Of a DNA stretch of 64,000 bases, positions 46,441-56,090 are shown piece by piece. Source of the stretch: a candidate division WOR-3 bacterium. Lineage in GTDB: Bacteria > SDB-A. Below the pieces are notes generated by a model. That model ran no database searches and had not been told where the DNA came from. It was given only the letters and a program-made list of their open reading frames with translations. The DNA lies in the NCBI GenBank assembly GCA_016926475.1, contig JAFGON010000021.1:9626-73625 (forward strand), written 5' to 3'. Numbering within the stretch: the stretch's first letter is position 1; each line of letters starts with the position of its first letter. The position numbers and the translations under genes are program-made.

Positions 46441-47217
46441 CTATCTAAAACCCATCGCTGTCGAAGCGTCTTTACCGAGAATCAAGATAACTCTGTCTTC
46501 CTTTAAAACTTCGGAAGGCAAAGAGACGCCGAGTGATTCATCTCCTGTGAAACGATCGCTGAGAATATTCATGTATTGAGGAAGGGTTTCCTCTGCTCTT
46601 GAAGAAGCTACTGAAATATCGTTCAGACAAGACATAAACAAAATATTGTCATCCCATTCCTTTCTATGCCTTGGCCAAAGCGCTCCTCTCTCCTTCTCTA
46701 TGGATCTGCAAGACGCGTGGATAAATATCGGTTTTTCTGTATTGGAAGAATATATATCCGACGGCCTGAAAAAAATCCTCCCTGGTGAAAAATAGAGGCA
46801 TTTGTGAAAAGGCGCTTCCAGGGAATATTTCCTCAAAAAAATTTCGCTTAAATAAGCCAGACATTCCATAATATCAGAAGTATCTTCATCTCGGGCTGTT
46901 GTATAGAAAATCCGGGTGGCAAAATTTTCAGGAGGAGAGAAGAAACTGTTTGCTTTTTCTATTTTGTAAATTCTGCCCGTCATGCTCAGAAAAGAGTCTA
47001 TTTCCCTGAGGTTTTGGTCAATAAAACCCGTAGCGACTGGCTGAAAAAGACTTGCATTGTTCACCACTATAACCCGCAACGTGTCTGAATGAATTTGCTG
47101 TTCTGGATCCAAAAAACCTCTTTTTTCACCTGTCAAATCGACGGGTTCGGGAACAGAACAGCCAAAAAGAACCGTCAACAGAAATAAAACCGCTGATTTG
47201 TCAATTCTCGATGACAA
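46441..47217 (-). CDS. Hypothetical lipoprotein
   Basis: Hydrophobic leader with lipobox LFGC; no recognised domain. Confidence 0.6.
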   Translation of the reverse strand: MSSRIDKSAVLFLLTVLFGCSVPEPVDLTGEKRGFLDPEQQIHSDTLRVIVVNNASLFQPVATGFIDQNLREIDSFLSMTGRIYKIEKANSFFSPPENFATRIFYTTARDEDTSDIMECLAYLSEIFLRKYSLEAPFHKCLYFSPGRIFFRPSDIYSSNTEKPIFIHASCRSIEKERGALWPRHRKEWDDNILFMSCLNDISVASSRAEETLPQYMNILSDRFTGDESLGVSLPSEVLKEDRVILILGKDASTAMGFR

Positions 47218-47965
47218 TTATATCCTTTATGTTTTCGTTTTCGTAAATCCTCTTGCCTTCAGAATCCAAAAACCTGTAAAAAGGAATGAGAACAGGCAGT
47301 GGATTTTTTTGAATTGCAGACCTGATAACACTCGGTTTGAATTTCTTCTTGCCTTTTTTCACCGTGTTTACACCTACTGGATTTTCGTATGATTTAGCCC
47401 ATCCGCTCGAATGGACGGCTTTAAAAATTTCGGTGAAGGGGCCTTCTCTTTTAGCAATGTAATCCCAGTCAATGGGTATTTTTTTTATATTTTTGTCGTC
47501 GAGGTTGTTGAAAGATTCTATGGTTTTTATCCATTTTCCCAGCCATTTCTTTTCCCTGTCTTCAAAAATGTGGTCCCTTGAAGCTTCCTCGTCAAGCCAG
47601 TCGAAAAAAAGATTTTCCGCGATTTGGTCTCCTTTCGCCAGAGTGATTTTCACGACTCCTTTGATTTCAACAGAGACTTTTTTCCCGGTCACTTTCACGT
47701 TGGCTCGTGCGGCGAGAAAAAATTCGTTGTTCTTGATCGAAGAAAGGTTGAGGTCTCCTGAGGCGTAGAGGATACAGTCTTTATATAAAGATGAAGATCT
47801 CTCTTTTTTTGGGGGTATTTTTTTGTCGTTGAGAACAGGCGCTTTTTTGTTGTTTTTCGTTTTACCAGCCGCAGTCCCGACGGTTTTTTTCGCGGGTTTT
47901 TTTATATTCTTTTTAACTGCTTTCAGCGATTTTTTACTTTTCAAAATTCCACCTCTTTTCAGCAA
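47201..47965 (-). CDS. Lys-rich N-terminus plus degenerate Ogt/MGMT (alkyltransferase-like) DNA-binding domain
   Basis: C-terminal SAIQKNPLPVLIPFYRFLDSEG parallels the Ogt motif NPxPxxIPCHRV..SDG. Confidence 0.6.
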   Translation of the reverse strand: MLKRGGILKSKKSLKAVKKNIKKPAKKTVGTAAGKTKNNKKAPVLNDKKIPPKKERSSSLYKDCILYASGDLNLSSIKNNEFFLAARANVKVTGKKVSVEIKGVVKITLAKGDQIAENLFFDWLDEEASRDHIFEDREKKWLGKWIKTIESFNNLDDKNIKKIPIDWDYIAKREGPFTEIFKAVHSSGWAKSYENPVGVNTVKKGKKKFKPSVIRSAIQKNPLPVLIPFYRFLDSEGKRIYENENIKDIIVIEN

Positions 47966-49410
47966 ATTCTGTATACTTTAAACTCATACGGTTCCAAGTC
48001 AAAATACAGACCCGCGCTTTTTATCGCCTCCTTATCCCTTTCCCAAACTTTACCAGTGAAAACATCTTTGAAAACTATCGTGTTTTCAGAGGCTTGAATC
48101 CTGTCAACCCTCGCGTACCCGTTTTTATGGAACAGTGTGTTGTTCATTATTATGACCACATCTACTCCTTTGTTCGACCAATGGTACGAAAACACTCCTG
48201 AAAAATCAGGTTCTTCCGGTATATAAATGTCGAGCAGGCACCATTTTCCGAAGTGAAAAACATCATCGGAAAGAATTTCCAAAAGTTTTTCGAAAAAACC
48301 CATCAGGACAGGATTCGGTTCTTCTTCAGGCCATCTTTTGAACTGAATTGGCATCCTTTTTTTTCTGCCTTGAAACTGACCCTGGAAAAAAAGTCTCATG
48401 CCGGGTAAAAAGTACGTGAGAACCGCCGCGGTTAAAAGTTTGTCTTTTCCAAACACGAATAGTGATCTCTCCTCGTCGTGATTTTCAAGAAACCTTACGA
48501 GCTTTTCGTAATATACTTTCTCGGCGTGTAGATGACCGTAAACAGAAGAGTTTTCTCCGTATTTAAGCCTGTCATAAAGCGTTTTATCGTAAGTGTAGTC
48601 AAACCCCTGCTGTTGAAGATCCCACTCCATCCCCCAGTAAACCTCGGCTATGAAAAGGAAATCATCTTTCTGTTTTTTGACGTCCCTTATAACCGATTTC
48701 CAAAATTCTTCAAGGCCGGAGACGTCTTTTCCCCAAGTTTTGGAAAAAACCGAGTTAGTGACCAGCATCGCCATGTCGCATCTTAAACCATCAGAAAATT
48801 TGGCGATATTTTCAACAACTTCTTTCATCTTTTCTCTTGTCAGTGTTTTGGAATAGTCAAGCTGAGCGGTGTCGTTCCATGGCGGAAAATTCGGATCTTT
48901 TCCCATAGCGAAAATTTTATCCCCTCTCACGAAAGCGGAATTGTTTTCAACCATATCTGAGTCTCCCTGCATGTAAATTTGGGGGAAATTTTCAATCCAG
49001 ACACTGTCTCGTGAAGTATGATTCGGAACAAAATCCAGGATTATCTTTTTAGGCTCTAACCTTTTTTTGAATTCCGTAAATCCATCCAAGCTTCCAAATG
49101 TTTTATCTACGGAATAATCGCAAACAGAATAAGCCGAAGCGTCGATGTCGATTTCGGGGTTGAAGTTCTCAAAAGTTTCTTTCCCCGCCGAGACAAGATT
49201 TTCGCAGTTCAGGGCTATCTCTCGCGCTTCCGAACTTCTTTTCCAAACGCCCATAAGCCAAAAAGCGTCAAAATTGCTGTCTCTCATTCTATTCAACTCT
49301 TCTTCGGGAAAATCGTCGAAATTTATTGTTCTGCCGTGTTTTTTTGATATTTCTTCCAGCCATATTCTCGTGTGCAACTCGAGAATATCAGGGTATTTTC
49401 TCCATTTCAC
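47959..49410 (-). CDS. Alpha-amylase family (GH13) glycoside hydrolase
   Basis: LDFVPNH, DGLRCDMAML, FIAEVYW, RFLENHDE catalytic regions. Confidence 0.9.
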   Translation of the reverse strand: MKWRKYPDILELHTRIWLEEISKKHGRTINFDDFPEEELNRMRDSNFDAFWLMGVWKRSSEAREIALNCENLVSAGKETFENFNPEIDIDASAYSVCDYSVDKTFGSLDGFTEFKKRLEPKKIILDFVPNHTSRDSVWIENFPQIYMQGDSDMVENNSAFVRGDKIFAMGKDPNFPPWNDTAQLDYSKTLTREKMKEVVENIAKFSDGLRCDMAMLVTNSVFSKTWGKDVSGLEEFWKSVIRDVKKQKDDFLFIAEVYWGMEWDLQQQGFDYTYDKTLYDRLKYGENSSVYGHLHAEKVYYEKLVRFLENHDEERSLFVFGKDKLLTAAVLTYFLPGMRLFFQGQFQGRKKRMPIQFKRWPEEEPNPVLMGFFEKLLEILSDDVFHFGKWCLLDIYIPEEPDFSGVFSYHWSNKGVDVVIIMNNTLFHKNGYARVDRIQASENTIVFKDVFTGKVWERDKEAIKSAGLYFDLEPYEFKVYRIC

Positions 49411-51617
49411 TGGTCTTGCGATCCTTCCTCTTCAGATTTGACGACAGCTCCACATACAGGGCAAGTATAAACTGTGCCGTTCTTCGATTTTTTTTCAAGC
49501 ATCGCCGGACTTGAACATTCCTGGCATACTTTTTTTACCGGCTTTGTCCAATACACTGATTTACATTTATCGCAAATCCAGTAGGTTTTCCCCCTTGAAC
49601 TTGTCTTTTCAATTATTTTACCATCGCATTCTTTTTGAGGACAGTCGACACCTATGTAATAAGGCATGGTTGTCGGACAATCCGGATAATTTTGGCATTT
49701 TAAGTACTTCCCGAATCTGCCGTTGACCAACATCATTGCTCCGCCGCATTTTGGGCATTTCAAGTCTGTTTCAGCGTTAGACACGTCTTCTGAAAATATG
49801 TCTTTTTTTCCTTTGCATTTCGGATAGTCAACACAGCCTAGAAAAGAGCCGTACCTGCTGCTTTTCAAAATCATCTGTTTTCCGCATAAAGGGCAGATCT
49901 TGTCCTCTTCGGGAATTTCGATAGGAATTTTTGAATTTTTCAGATGTTCCATTCTCGTTTGAAAAGGGGAATAAAACTCTTTGAGGACTTTTTCCTTTTT
50001 CGATTTTCCCTCTTCAATTTCATCGAGTCTTTCCTCCATTAATGCCGTAAATTTCTCGTCGAATATGTCGGGAAACGATTTTATTAAATATTTAAGAACT
50101 ATGCTGCCGAGTTTAGTGGGAATCAGACTTCTGTTGTTTTTTTTAACATACCCGCGCTGGATCAGAATAGATATTATCGGTGCGTAAGTACTCGGTCTTC
50201 CGATGCCGAGAGAATCTAGTTCTTTTATGAGAGAGGCTTCCGTAAATCTCGACGGGGGCTGAGTGAAATGTTGCTCGGATCTTTCAGAAAGAACTTTCAT
50301 CTCTTCGCCTTTTTTCAACTCCGGAAATTCCTTTAGGGCAGAAGCTTCTTCGCCGTTGAAATCGTAAAAATATTTGAATCCGTCAAAAACAGTCTCGGTT
50401 CTCGAAGATCTCAGTTCTAAATCCGTGCCGGCAAAAAACGTGACAGTGTAAGTTTTTTCCAAAGAATCCCTGCATTGTGAAGCTAAAAACCTTCTCCAGA
50501 TCATGGTATACAAAAGCAGCATGTCTTTGTCTATCTTGCCCTTTAAACTCTCTGGAGTTATTGAGACGAAAGTCGGCCTAACAGCTTCATGCGCGCTCTG
50601 GACGTTTTTTTTGGTGTCGGAATACTTGTTGGGCTTATCAGGCACAAGTCTTTTCAATCCCTGCTCTTTTAGATAATCCCTTGCCTGAGAGACGGATTCC
50701 GAAGACACCCTCACCGAGTCTGTCCTCATATAGGTAATCAAACCTATGGTCTCGTCTTCAATGTCGACTCCTTCAAAAAGCCGCTGTGCTTTCATCATTG
50801 TCTTGTTCGCGCTGAATCCTAATCTGGTCGCGGCATCTTGCTGCATCGTGCTTGTGGTATAGGGGGGTTTGGGCTTTTTTTTCTTTTCAACGCTGAATAT
50901 GTCTTTGACCTTTACTGGGTTGTTTTTGACCTCTTTTACCATTCTGGATGCCTGTTCTTCGGTTTCTATCTTGATTTTTTTATCGCCTTTTTTTACAAGA
51001 GCAGCTTCTATTCGCGCGCTTTCTTTTCCCAGTTCAAACAAGACGTCCCAGTATTCCTGCGAAACGAATTTGTCTCTTTCGTCTTCTCTTTTGCATATCA
51101 GCTTCAAGGCGACGGTCTGCACCCTTCCCGCTGAAAGACCGCTTTTTATGGCTCTCCACAGAATAGGGCTGACTTGATAACCCACCAACCTGTCGAGTAT
51201 TCTTCTCGCGTTCTGCGAGTCTACTTTAAGAGAGTCAATTTTACCCGGTTTTTTTATTGATTCTTCTATTGCCTTAGGAGTTATCTCGAAAAACAACAGT
51301 CTTTTTACGGTTTTTTCCTGAGGCAGTTCTTCCTTGATGTGCTGTGCGATTGCTTCGCCTTCTCTGTCGGGGTCGGTGGCTATGTATATAGTGACGGCTT
51401 TTTTCGCGGATTCTTTTATTTTATTTATCTGTTTCATCTTCGACTTGTTCAAAAGATACGTCGTCTTGAAGTTATCGGCGATGTCGACCCCCAACCTAGA
51501 AACCGGCATGTCCTTTATGTGTCCGTAAGTGGATAAAACGGAAAAATCCTTACCCACAATTTTCGTTATTGTCTTCGCCTTTGTCGGCGATTCAACTATC
51601 AATAAATTTTTAGCCAC
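49407..51617 (-). CDS. topA: DNA topoisomerase I with C-terminal Zn ribbons
   Basis: IVESPTKAKTI, ATDPDREGEAIA, SAGRVQT, ITYMRTDS, GIGRPSTYA; GTG start. Confidence 0.97.
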   Translation of the reverse strand: MAKNLLIVESPTKAKTITKIVGKDFSVLSTYGHIKDMPVSRLGVDIADNFKTTYLLNKSKMKQINKIKESAKKAVTIYIATDPDREGEAIAQHIKEELPQEKTVKRLLFFEITPKAIEESIKKPGKIDSLKVDSQNARRILDRLVGYQVSPILWRAIKSGLSAGRVQTVALKLICKREDERDKFVSQEYWDVLFELGKESARIEAALVKKGDKKIKIETEEQASRMVKEVKNNPVKVKDIFSVEKKKKPKPPYTTSTMQQDAATRLGFSANKTMMKAQRLFEGVDIEDETIGLITYMRTDSVRVSSESVSQARDYLKEQGLKRLVPDKPNKYSDTKKNVQSAHEAVRPTFVSITPESLKGKIDKDMLLLYTMIWRRFLASQCRDSLEKTYTVTFFAGTDLELRSSRTETVFDGFKYFYDFNGEEASALKEFPELKKGEEMKVLSERSEQHFTQPPSRFTEASLIKELDSLGIGRPSTYAPIISILIQRGYVKKNNRSLIPTKLGSIVLKYLIKSFPDIFDEKFTALMEERLDEIEEGKSKKEKVLKEFYSPFQTRMEHLKNSKIPIEIPEEDKICPLCGKQMILKSSRYGSFLGCVDYPKCKGKKDIFSEDVSNAETDLKCPKCGGAMMLVNGRFGKYLKCQNYPDCPTTMPYYIGVDCPQKECDGKIIEKTSSRGKTYWICDKCKSVYWTKPVKKVCQECSSPAMLEKKSKNGTVYTCPVCGAVVKSEEEGSQDQ

Positions 51618-51618
51618 T

Positions 51619-51999
51619 TTAATCCTTGTTTATTAGAAATCCGTTCAAAATTATCTCAACAGCTTTTTCGCTCATTTTTTCCTCTCTCCTGTTTTCAACC
51701 ATATCGATGAAGGAGTCGACGTCCCTTTCATCGAGCATCCCGCTGTCCCATACCTGAAGAAAATGCATCATTCCTCCGTCCGTGAGGTTGTCCATCAGTA
51801 AAAGGAGTCTATCATCGCTGATCGATTCGCCCTTTACGCTATGGTAAAAGCGAGGTATCAAACTGAAAACATCCTGTTCGAGTTCTTCTTGTGATATTCC
51901 GACCACATCAAGATAGGACATTATCTCGCCGATATTTTCACCTTTGAGGTTTTTTCTCAAAAAATCAACTAAAATTTTCGTTTTGAGTTTTTTGTCCAT
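51619..51999 (-). CDS. Divergent Smg/DUF494-like protein
   Basis: Lies immediately upstream of topA; C-terminal LTDGGMMHFLQVWDSGMLDERDVDSFID...MSEKAVEII resembles the DUF494 pattern. Confidence 0.5.
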   Translation of the reverse strand: MDKKLKTKILVDFLRKNLKGENIGEIMSYLDVVGISQEELEQDVFSLIPRFYHSVKGESISDDRLLLLMDNLTDGGMMHFLQVWDSGMLDERDVDSFIDMVENRREEKMSEKAVEIILNGFLINKD

Positions 52000-52182
52000 T
52001 TTAAATTGCCTCCTTTTGATCCAGCAACAGAGGGCGTTTGATAATCCGCATGATCTGACCTAAATATATTCAAATCAATTGATGACTGCAAATACGTTAT
52101 GCTTTATATTTACACAATCATAATTTAAAATGAAGGTTTATAGAACTTTCTTCATAAAATCAAGGGAAAAAAGGAGGTAACG

Positions 52183-53097
52183 ATGACTTTTCTTTCGTTT
52201 CTTTTTCTCATCTTCGCGATTTCAGGAGGCATTGCTCTTATCTCGATGAAAAAAAAAGGCCTTGGCATTTTGGTTTTAATTTCCCTGCTTATGCTTTCGT
52301 TTTTTGCCCAGACACTCACTGTGATAGACGCGGGAGAAATTGGCCTTCAGGTTCTTTTTGGAAAAGTTCTTCCGAATCCTATGATGCAGGGACTTCATGT
52401 AAAAAACCCTCTGGCAAAAATAGTCACTTATTCTATAAGGCTGCAGGAATACACCATGAGCATTGCTCCGGGAGAAGGAGCAAGATACAACCCGGACCCC
52501 ATAACTGCGAGAACGCTCGACAACTCTGAGATCACGGTCGACATAACAATCTGGTGGTCTGTCAATCCCGATTCCGCTGCAAAAATATATTCCGCGGTAG
52601 CCACGAATACCGACCAGCTGAGGGATCTTTTGGTCAGACCAGCATCAAGGGCTGTCCTTAGGGACGTCATAAGCAAATACAAACTTGACGACTGTTTTAA
52701 AAAAAGAGACGACATCCGGGTCCGACTCCTCGAGGAATTATCCCTGTATATGAATCCCAAAGGGGTCAAAGTCGACAACGTCCTTTTGAGAAACATCACT
52801 CCTCCCGCGAGTGTCGATTTGGCTATACAGGAAAAGTTGGCCGCAGAACAACAACTCCAGAAAAGAGAATACGAAATCGCAATAGCAAGGCAAGACTCTG
52901 TGAAGAGGGTAGTCGAAGCAGGAGGGATAGCTTCGGCCCAGTTTATAATTTCTTCAAACTTGACCGAAAAATACCTCCAGTGGAACGCTATAGAGGCAAT
53001 TAAAACGCTGAGTGAGAAGGGGAATTCGGTTTTTTACGTAATACCCACAAGTTCTTCTTCATCCGGCATCCCCTTGATTTTGAACACGCCACAGTAA
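52183..53097 (+). CDS. SPFH/prohibitin (band 7) family protein
   Basis: N-terminal TMs; IDAGEIG..VLFGKV, GLHVKNP, VLLRNITPP, AIQEKLAAEQ. Confidence 0.9.
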   Translation: MTFLSFLFLIFAISGGIALISMKKKGLGILVLISLLMLSFFAQTLTVIDAGEIGLQVLFGKVLPNPMMQGLHVKNPLAKIVTYSIRLQEYTMSIAPGEGARYNPDPITARTLDNSEITVDITIWWSVNPDSAAKIYSAVATNTDQLRDLLVRPASRAVLRDVISKYKLDDCFKKRDDIRVRLLEELSLYMNPKGVKVDNVLLRNITPPASVDLAIQEKLAAEQQLQKREYEIAIARQDSVKRVVEAGGIASAQFIISSNLTEKYLQWNAIEAIKTLSEKGNSVFYVIPTSSSSSGIPLILNTPQ

Positions 53098-53107
53098 GGA
53101 GATAAAA

Positions 53108-54634
53108 TTGCATCACGAACTCAACGGAAAAAACTTGACGGTAGAGACGGTTGTCGACGTCGCTCGAAAAAAAGGAACCATATCTCTCAACCCTGACAGC
53201 CTCGACAAAATAACCAAATGCAGGAAAATGCTCGAAGAAAAAATTTCATCCGGCGAAATAATGTATGGAATAAACACGGGAATAGGAGAATTTTCTGAAA
53301 TCGTATTGGACGAAAGTCAGATAAAAGAATTCCAGAAGTACCTGATATACAACCATTCAGCCGGAATAGGCGAACCTATGCCAGAAGAATGGGTCAGGGG
53401 GGCCATGCTCGGAAGGATAAACGTTCATTGCAATGGGAATTCAGCCTGCAGACCCGAAATCACCAAGACAATTGTCGAGATGATCAACAAAGAAGTCACT
53501 CCGCAAGTATGCAAGAAGGGATCAGTAGGAGCATGCGGAGACCTCGCTCCAATGTCACAGATTGCCCTGCTTTTGATGGGTGAAGGAAAAGCGTATCACA
53601 GAGGTGAGCTCTTGAACGGGAAAACGGCTATGGAAAGAGCCGGAATAACAATCCCCGGTTTGCAGGCAAGAGACGGCTTGGCGATGATAAACGGCTCGAA
53701 TTTCATAACCGCTATGAGTGCTCTTTTCATACAAGACGCGGAAAATTTTCTTAAACAGGCTGAAATTGCCGCAGCGATGTCTCTCGAAGCCCTGAAAGCA
53801 AACCCGTCGCCCTACGACGAAAGGATTCACAAAGCCAGAGGTTTCAAAGGATCCATAAAAAGCGCTAAATCACTGAGAAGAATTATGTCCGGTGGAGACG
53901 TTTTTGAAAAGAGAATAAAAAGCAAAGTTCAAGACGCCTACTCAATGCGGTCCACTCCACAGGTCATCGGAGCGGCTCATGACGCCTTGGCGTACGCGAA
54001 AAGCCAGGTCGAGATTGAGCTAAATGGAGTCGGGGACAACCCTCTTTTTTTTCCTGAAGAAAACCTGCAATTGTCTGGAGCGAATTTTCAAGGCACCCCC
54101 GTATCGGTTCCAATGGAACTCGCTGGTTCTGTTCTGACAATGGTCTGCGTCTTGTCCGAAAGGAGGATGAACAGGCTGAACAATCCGGCTTTGAGCGTAG
54201 GCCTGCCGGCTTTTTTGACAAAAGGAGCGGGTATGTTTTCAGGGCTCATGCTGAGCCAGTACACCGCGGACTCACTTATAGTCGAACAAAAAATTCTCTC
54301 AACCCCAGCAAGCATTCAATCCATTCCAGCAGCAGCCGACCAGGAAGATTTTGTGTCGATGGGCATGAACACGGCTTTGAAAAATTTCCAGATTCTCGAC
54401 AACGCTTGGGGGATACTGGGTATAGAATTCATGGCGGCTGCACAAGCCCTTGACTTCAGGGAATACAAACTCGGCAGAGGCACCGAAGCGGCAAAAAAAA
54501 CAATACGCAGACACGTCGATTTTCTCGACGTAGACCGGCCGCTTTTCGACGATCACAATAAAATGAAGGAACTTGTCAAGTCTTGCGAGATACTTAAAGA
54601 AGTAGAAAAGGAAATCGGCAGTATGTCTGAATGA
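53108..54634 (+). CDS. Aromatic amino acid ammonia-lyase (histidine ammonia-lyase-like) with an ACG cofactor motif
   Basis: MYGINTGIG, GSVGACGDLAP, GLAMING, VQDAYSMRSTPQVIG, DNP, GANFQG, QEDFVSMG. Confidence 0.88.
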   Translation: MHHELNGKNLTVETVVDVARKKGTISLNPDSLDKITKCRKMLEEKISSGEIMYGINTGIGEFSEIVLDESQIKEFQKYLIYNHSAGIGEPMPEEWVRGAMLGRINVHCNGNSACRPEITKTIVEMINKEVTPQVCKKGSVGACGDLAPMSQIALLLMGEGKAYHRGELLNGKTAMERAGITIPGLQARDGLAMINGSNFITAMSALFIQDAENFLKQAEIAAAMSLEALKANPSPYDERIHKARGFKGSIKSAKSLRRIMSGGDVFEKRIKSKVQDAYSMRSTPQVIGAAHDALAYAKSQVEIELNGVGDNPLFFPEENLQLSGANFQGTPVSVPMELAGSVLTMVCVLSERRMNRLNNPALSVGLPAFLTKGAGMFSGLMLSQYTADSLIVEQKILSTPASIQSIPAAADQEDFVSMGMNTALKNFQILDNAWGILGIEFMAAAQALDFREYKLGRGTEAAKKTIRRHVDFLDVDRPLFDDHNKMKELVKSCEILKEVEKEIGSMSE

Positions 54635-54646
54635 GAAACTCTGCTG

Positions 54647-55252
54647 TCAAAGGGAAAAAATGTATTTTTTTTCTCTGTACAGCTTCGTCTCTTCGCCGTG
54701 CCCTGGAAGCACTTTAAAGTTTGATTTCAGGTCGAATAACGATCTAAGCGATTTTTTTATTTTGTTGAAGTCTCCACAAGGCAGGTCACATCTTCCTATT
54801 CCTCCCCTAAAAAGAGTGTCTCCGGAAAAAAGCGTGTCCCCTGCCGTCAACGAGATCGATCCCTCGGTGTGCCCTGGAGTGTGTAAAACCCTGAATTCGG
54901 AGGTTCCGAGAATTATTTTATCGTCTTTGTTTAAAATGACATCAGGATAAATCTCCTGAATTTTCATACCGAAAAGAAATGATCCGTTTATCATTGGGTC
55001 GTTTAGGTTTTGGGCGTCTTTTTCGTGAATAGCGATTCTCGCTTCAGGAAACAGCCTTTTCAACTCCGGAACCGCCGCGATATGATCGTAGTGATTGTGG
55101 GTTAGGATGATGTATTTGCATACGTAGTCTTCTCTGAAACCGAGCATCTCCTCTGAATACCCCCCTGGATCAATCACGGCGAGTTCTCTGTGATCTTCCA
55201 CAAAATAGCAATTTGTCTGGATTTCACCTACGATAAAACGCTTTGTATTCAT
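54647..55252 (-). CDS. MBL-fold metallo-hydrolase (glyoxalase II/YcbL-like)
   Basis: TNCY, IDPG, LTHNHYDHI, HTPGHTEGS, FSGDTLF, PGHG. Confidence 0.92.
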   Translation of the reverse strand: MNTKRFIVGEIQTNCYFVEDHRELAVIDPGGYSEEMLGFREDYVCKYIILTHNHYDHIAAVPELKRLFPEARIAIHEKDAQNLNDPMINGSFLFGMKIQEIYPDVILNKDDKIILGTSEFRVLHTPGHTEGSISLTAGDTLFSGDTLFRGGIGRCDLPCGDFNKIKKSLRSLFDLKSNFKVLPGHGEETKLYREKKYIFSL

Positions 55253-55272
55253 ATCCGATTACCTTTGTCTGA

Positions 55273-55300
55273 ATTCTACCATCTCAATTTTATAAAGCAA
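55273..55300 (-). promoter_or_regulatory. Putative sigma70 promoter for the MBL hydrolase
   Basis: TTGCTT-16 nt-TAGAAT with TGn extension. Confidence 0.5.
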
Positions 55301-55407
55301 AGCCGGCCTTCGAAATCCATTCTATTCCATGTATTCGTATCTAAGTCATTTGCTTGGATGTTTATTACACCATCTGGGAAACGTCAGCTTTTTGGATAAA
55401 ACAGCAA

Positions 55408-55436
55408 TTGACAAAGCCGGTTTCAATAAATAAACT
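55408..55436 (+). promoter_or_regulatory. Sigma70 promoter for the cmk operon (near-leaderless)
   Basis: TTGACA-17 nt-TAAACT, 9 nt to ATG 55446; no SD. Confidence 0.7.
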
Positions 55437-55445
55437 GGCTTAGAA

Positions 55446-56090
55446 ATGATTGTTGTGACAATAGACGGACCCTCTGCGGCGGGGAAAAGCACCGTCGCGA
55501 AAATAGTTGCCCGGGAATTGGCTTATATGTATCTTGACACCGGCGCCATGTACAGAGCGGCCACTCTCTACTTCATCGAAAACAGAATTGACATAGAAGA
55601 CAGAATTTCGGTGGTCTCCGCGCTCGATTCGGTCGAAATCGAATACGGGGAAAGGGGTGTTATTCTCAATGGATCGAATGTCGAATCGAAAATCAGAAAC
55701 CCCGAAGTGACCAAAACTGTGAGCCCAATAAGCGCTATTAGGGAAGTCAGAGAAAAACTCGTCGAAATTCAAAGAGGCGTAAAACACCCAATGGGCTTGG
55801 TCTGCGAAGGAAGAGACATGGGCTCCGTCGTGTTCCCAGGGGCTCAGTATAAATTTTTCCTTACTGCATCTCTCTACGAACGAGCGAAAAGAAGAAGAAA
55901 AGATCTCGAAAAAATAGGTGTTCAAATGAAAGACGAAGAGGTGGGTATAGATTTGTCTTTGAGAGATAAATACGATTCCGAAAGGGAAATATCCCCTATG
56001 GTCATCCCTCAAGGCGCTCATGTCATTGACACTACAGATATGACAATAAGCCAAGTGGTAGAAAAAATTTTGCTTGAAATAGAAAAATGA
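55446..56090 (+). CDS. cmk: Cytidylate kinase
   Basis: TIDGPSAAGKSTVA, YLDTGAMYRA, EGRDMGSVVFP. Confidence 0.96.
   Translation: MIVVTIDGPSAAGKSTVAKIVARELAYMYLDTGAMYRAATLYFIENRIDIEDRISVVSALDSVEIEYGERGVILNGSNVESKIRNPEVTKTVSPISAIREVREKLVEIQRGVKHPMGLVCEGRDMGSVVFPGAQYKFFLTASLYERAKRRRKDLEKIGVQMKDEEVGIDLSLRDKYDSEREISPMVIPQGAHVIDTTDMTISQVVEKILLEIEK

Noticed and set aside
46243..46448. 64-aa and 62-aa ORFs, plus the N-terminal extension of the amidohydrolase ORF to 46183
   Set aside because: They are translations of tRNA-Gly/Cys/Leu sequence.
52129..52156. ATGAAG...CTTCAT inverted repeat upstream of the SPFH gene
   Set aside because: Short and imperfect, with no recognisable riboswitch or operator consensus.
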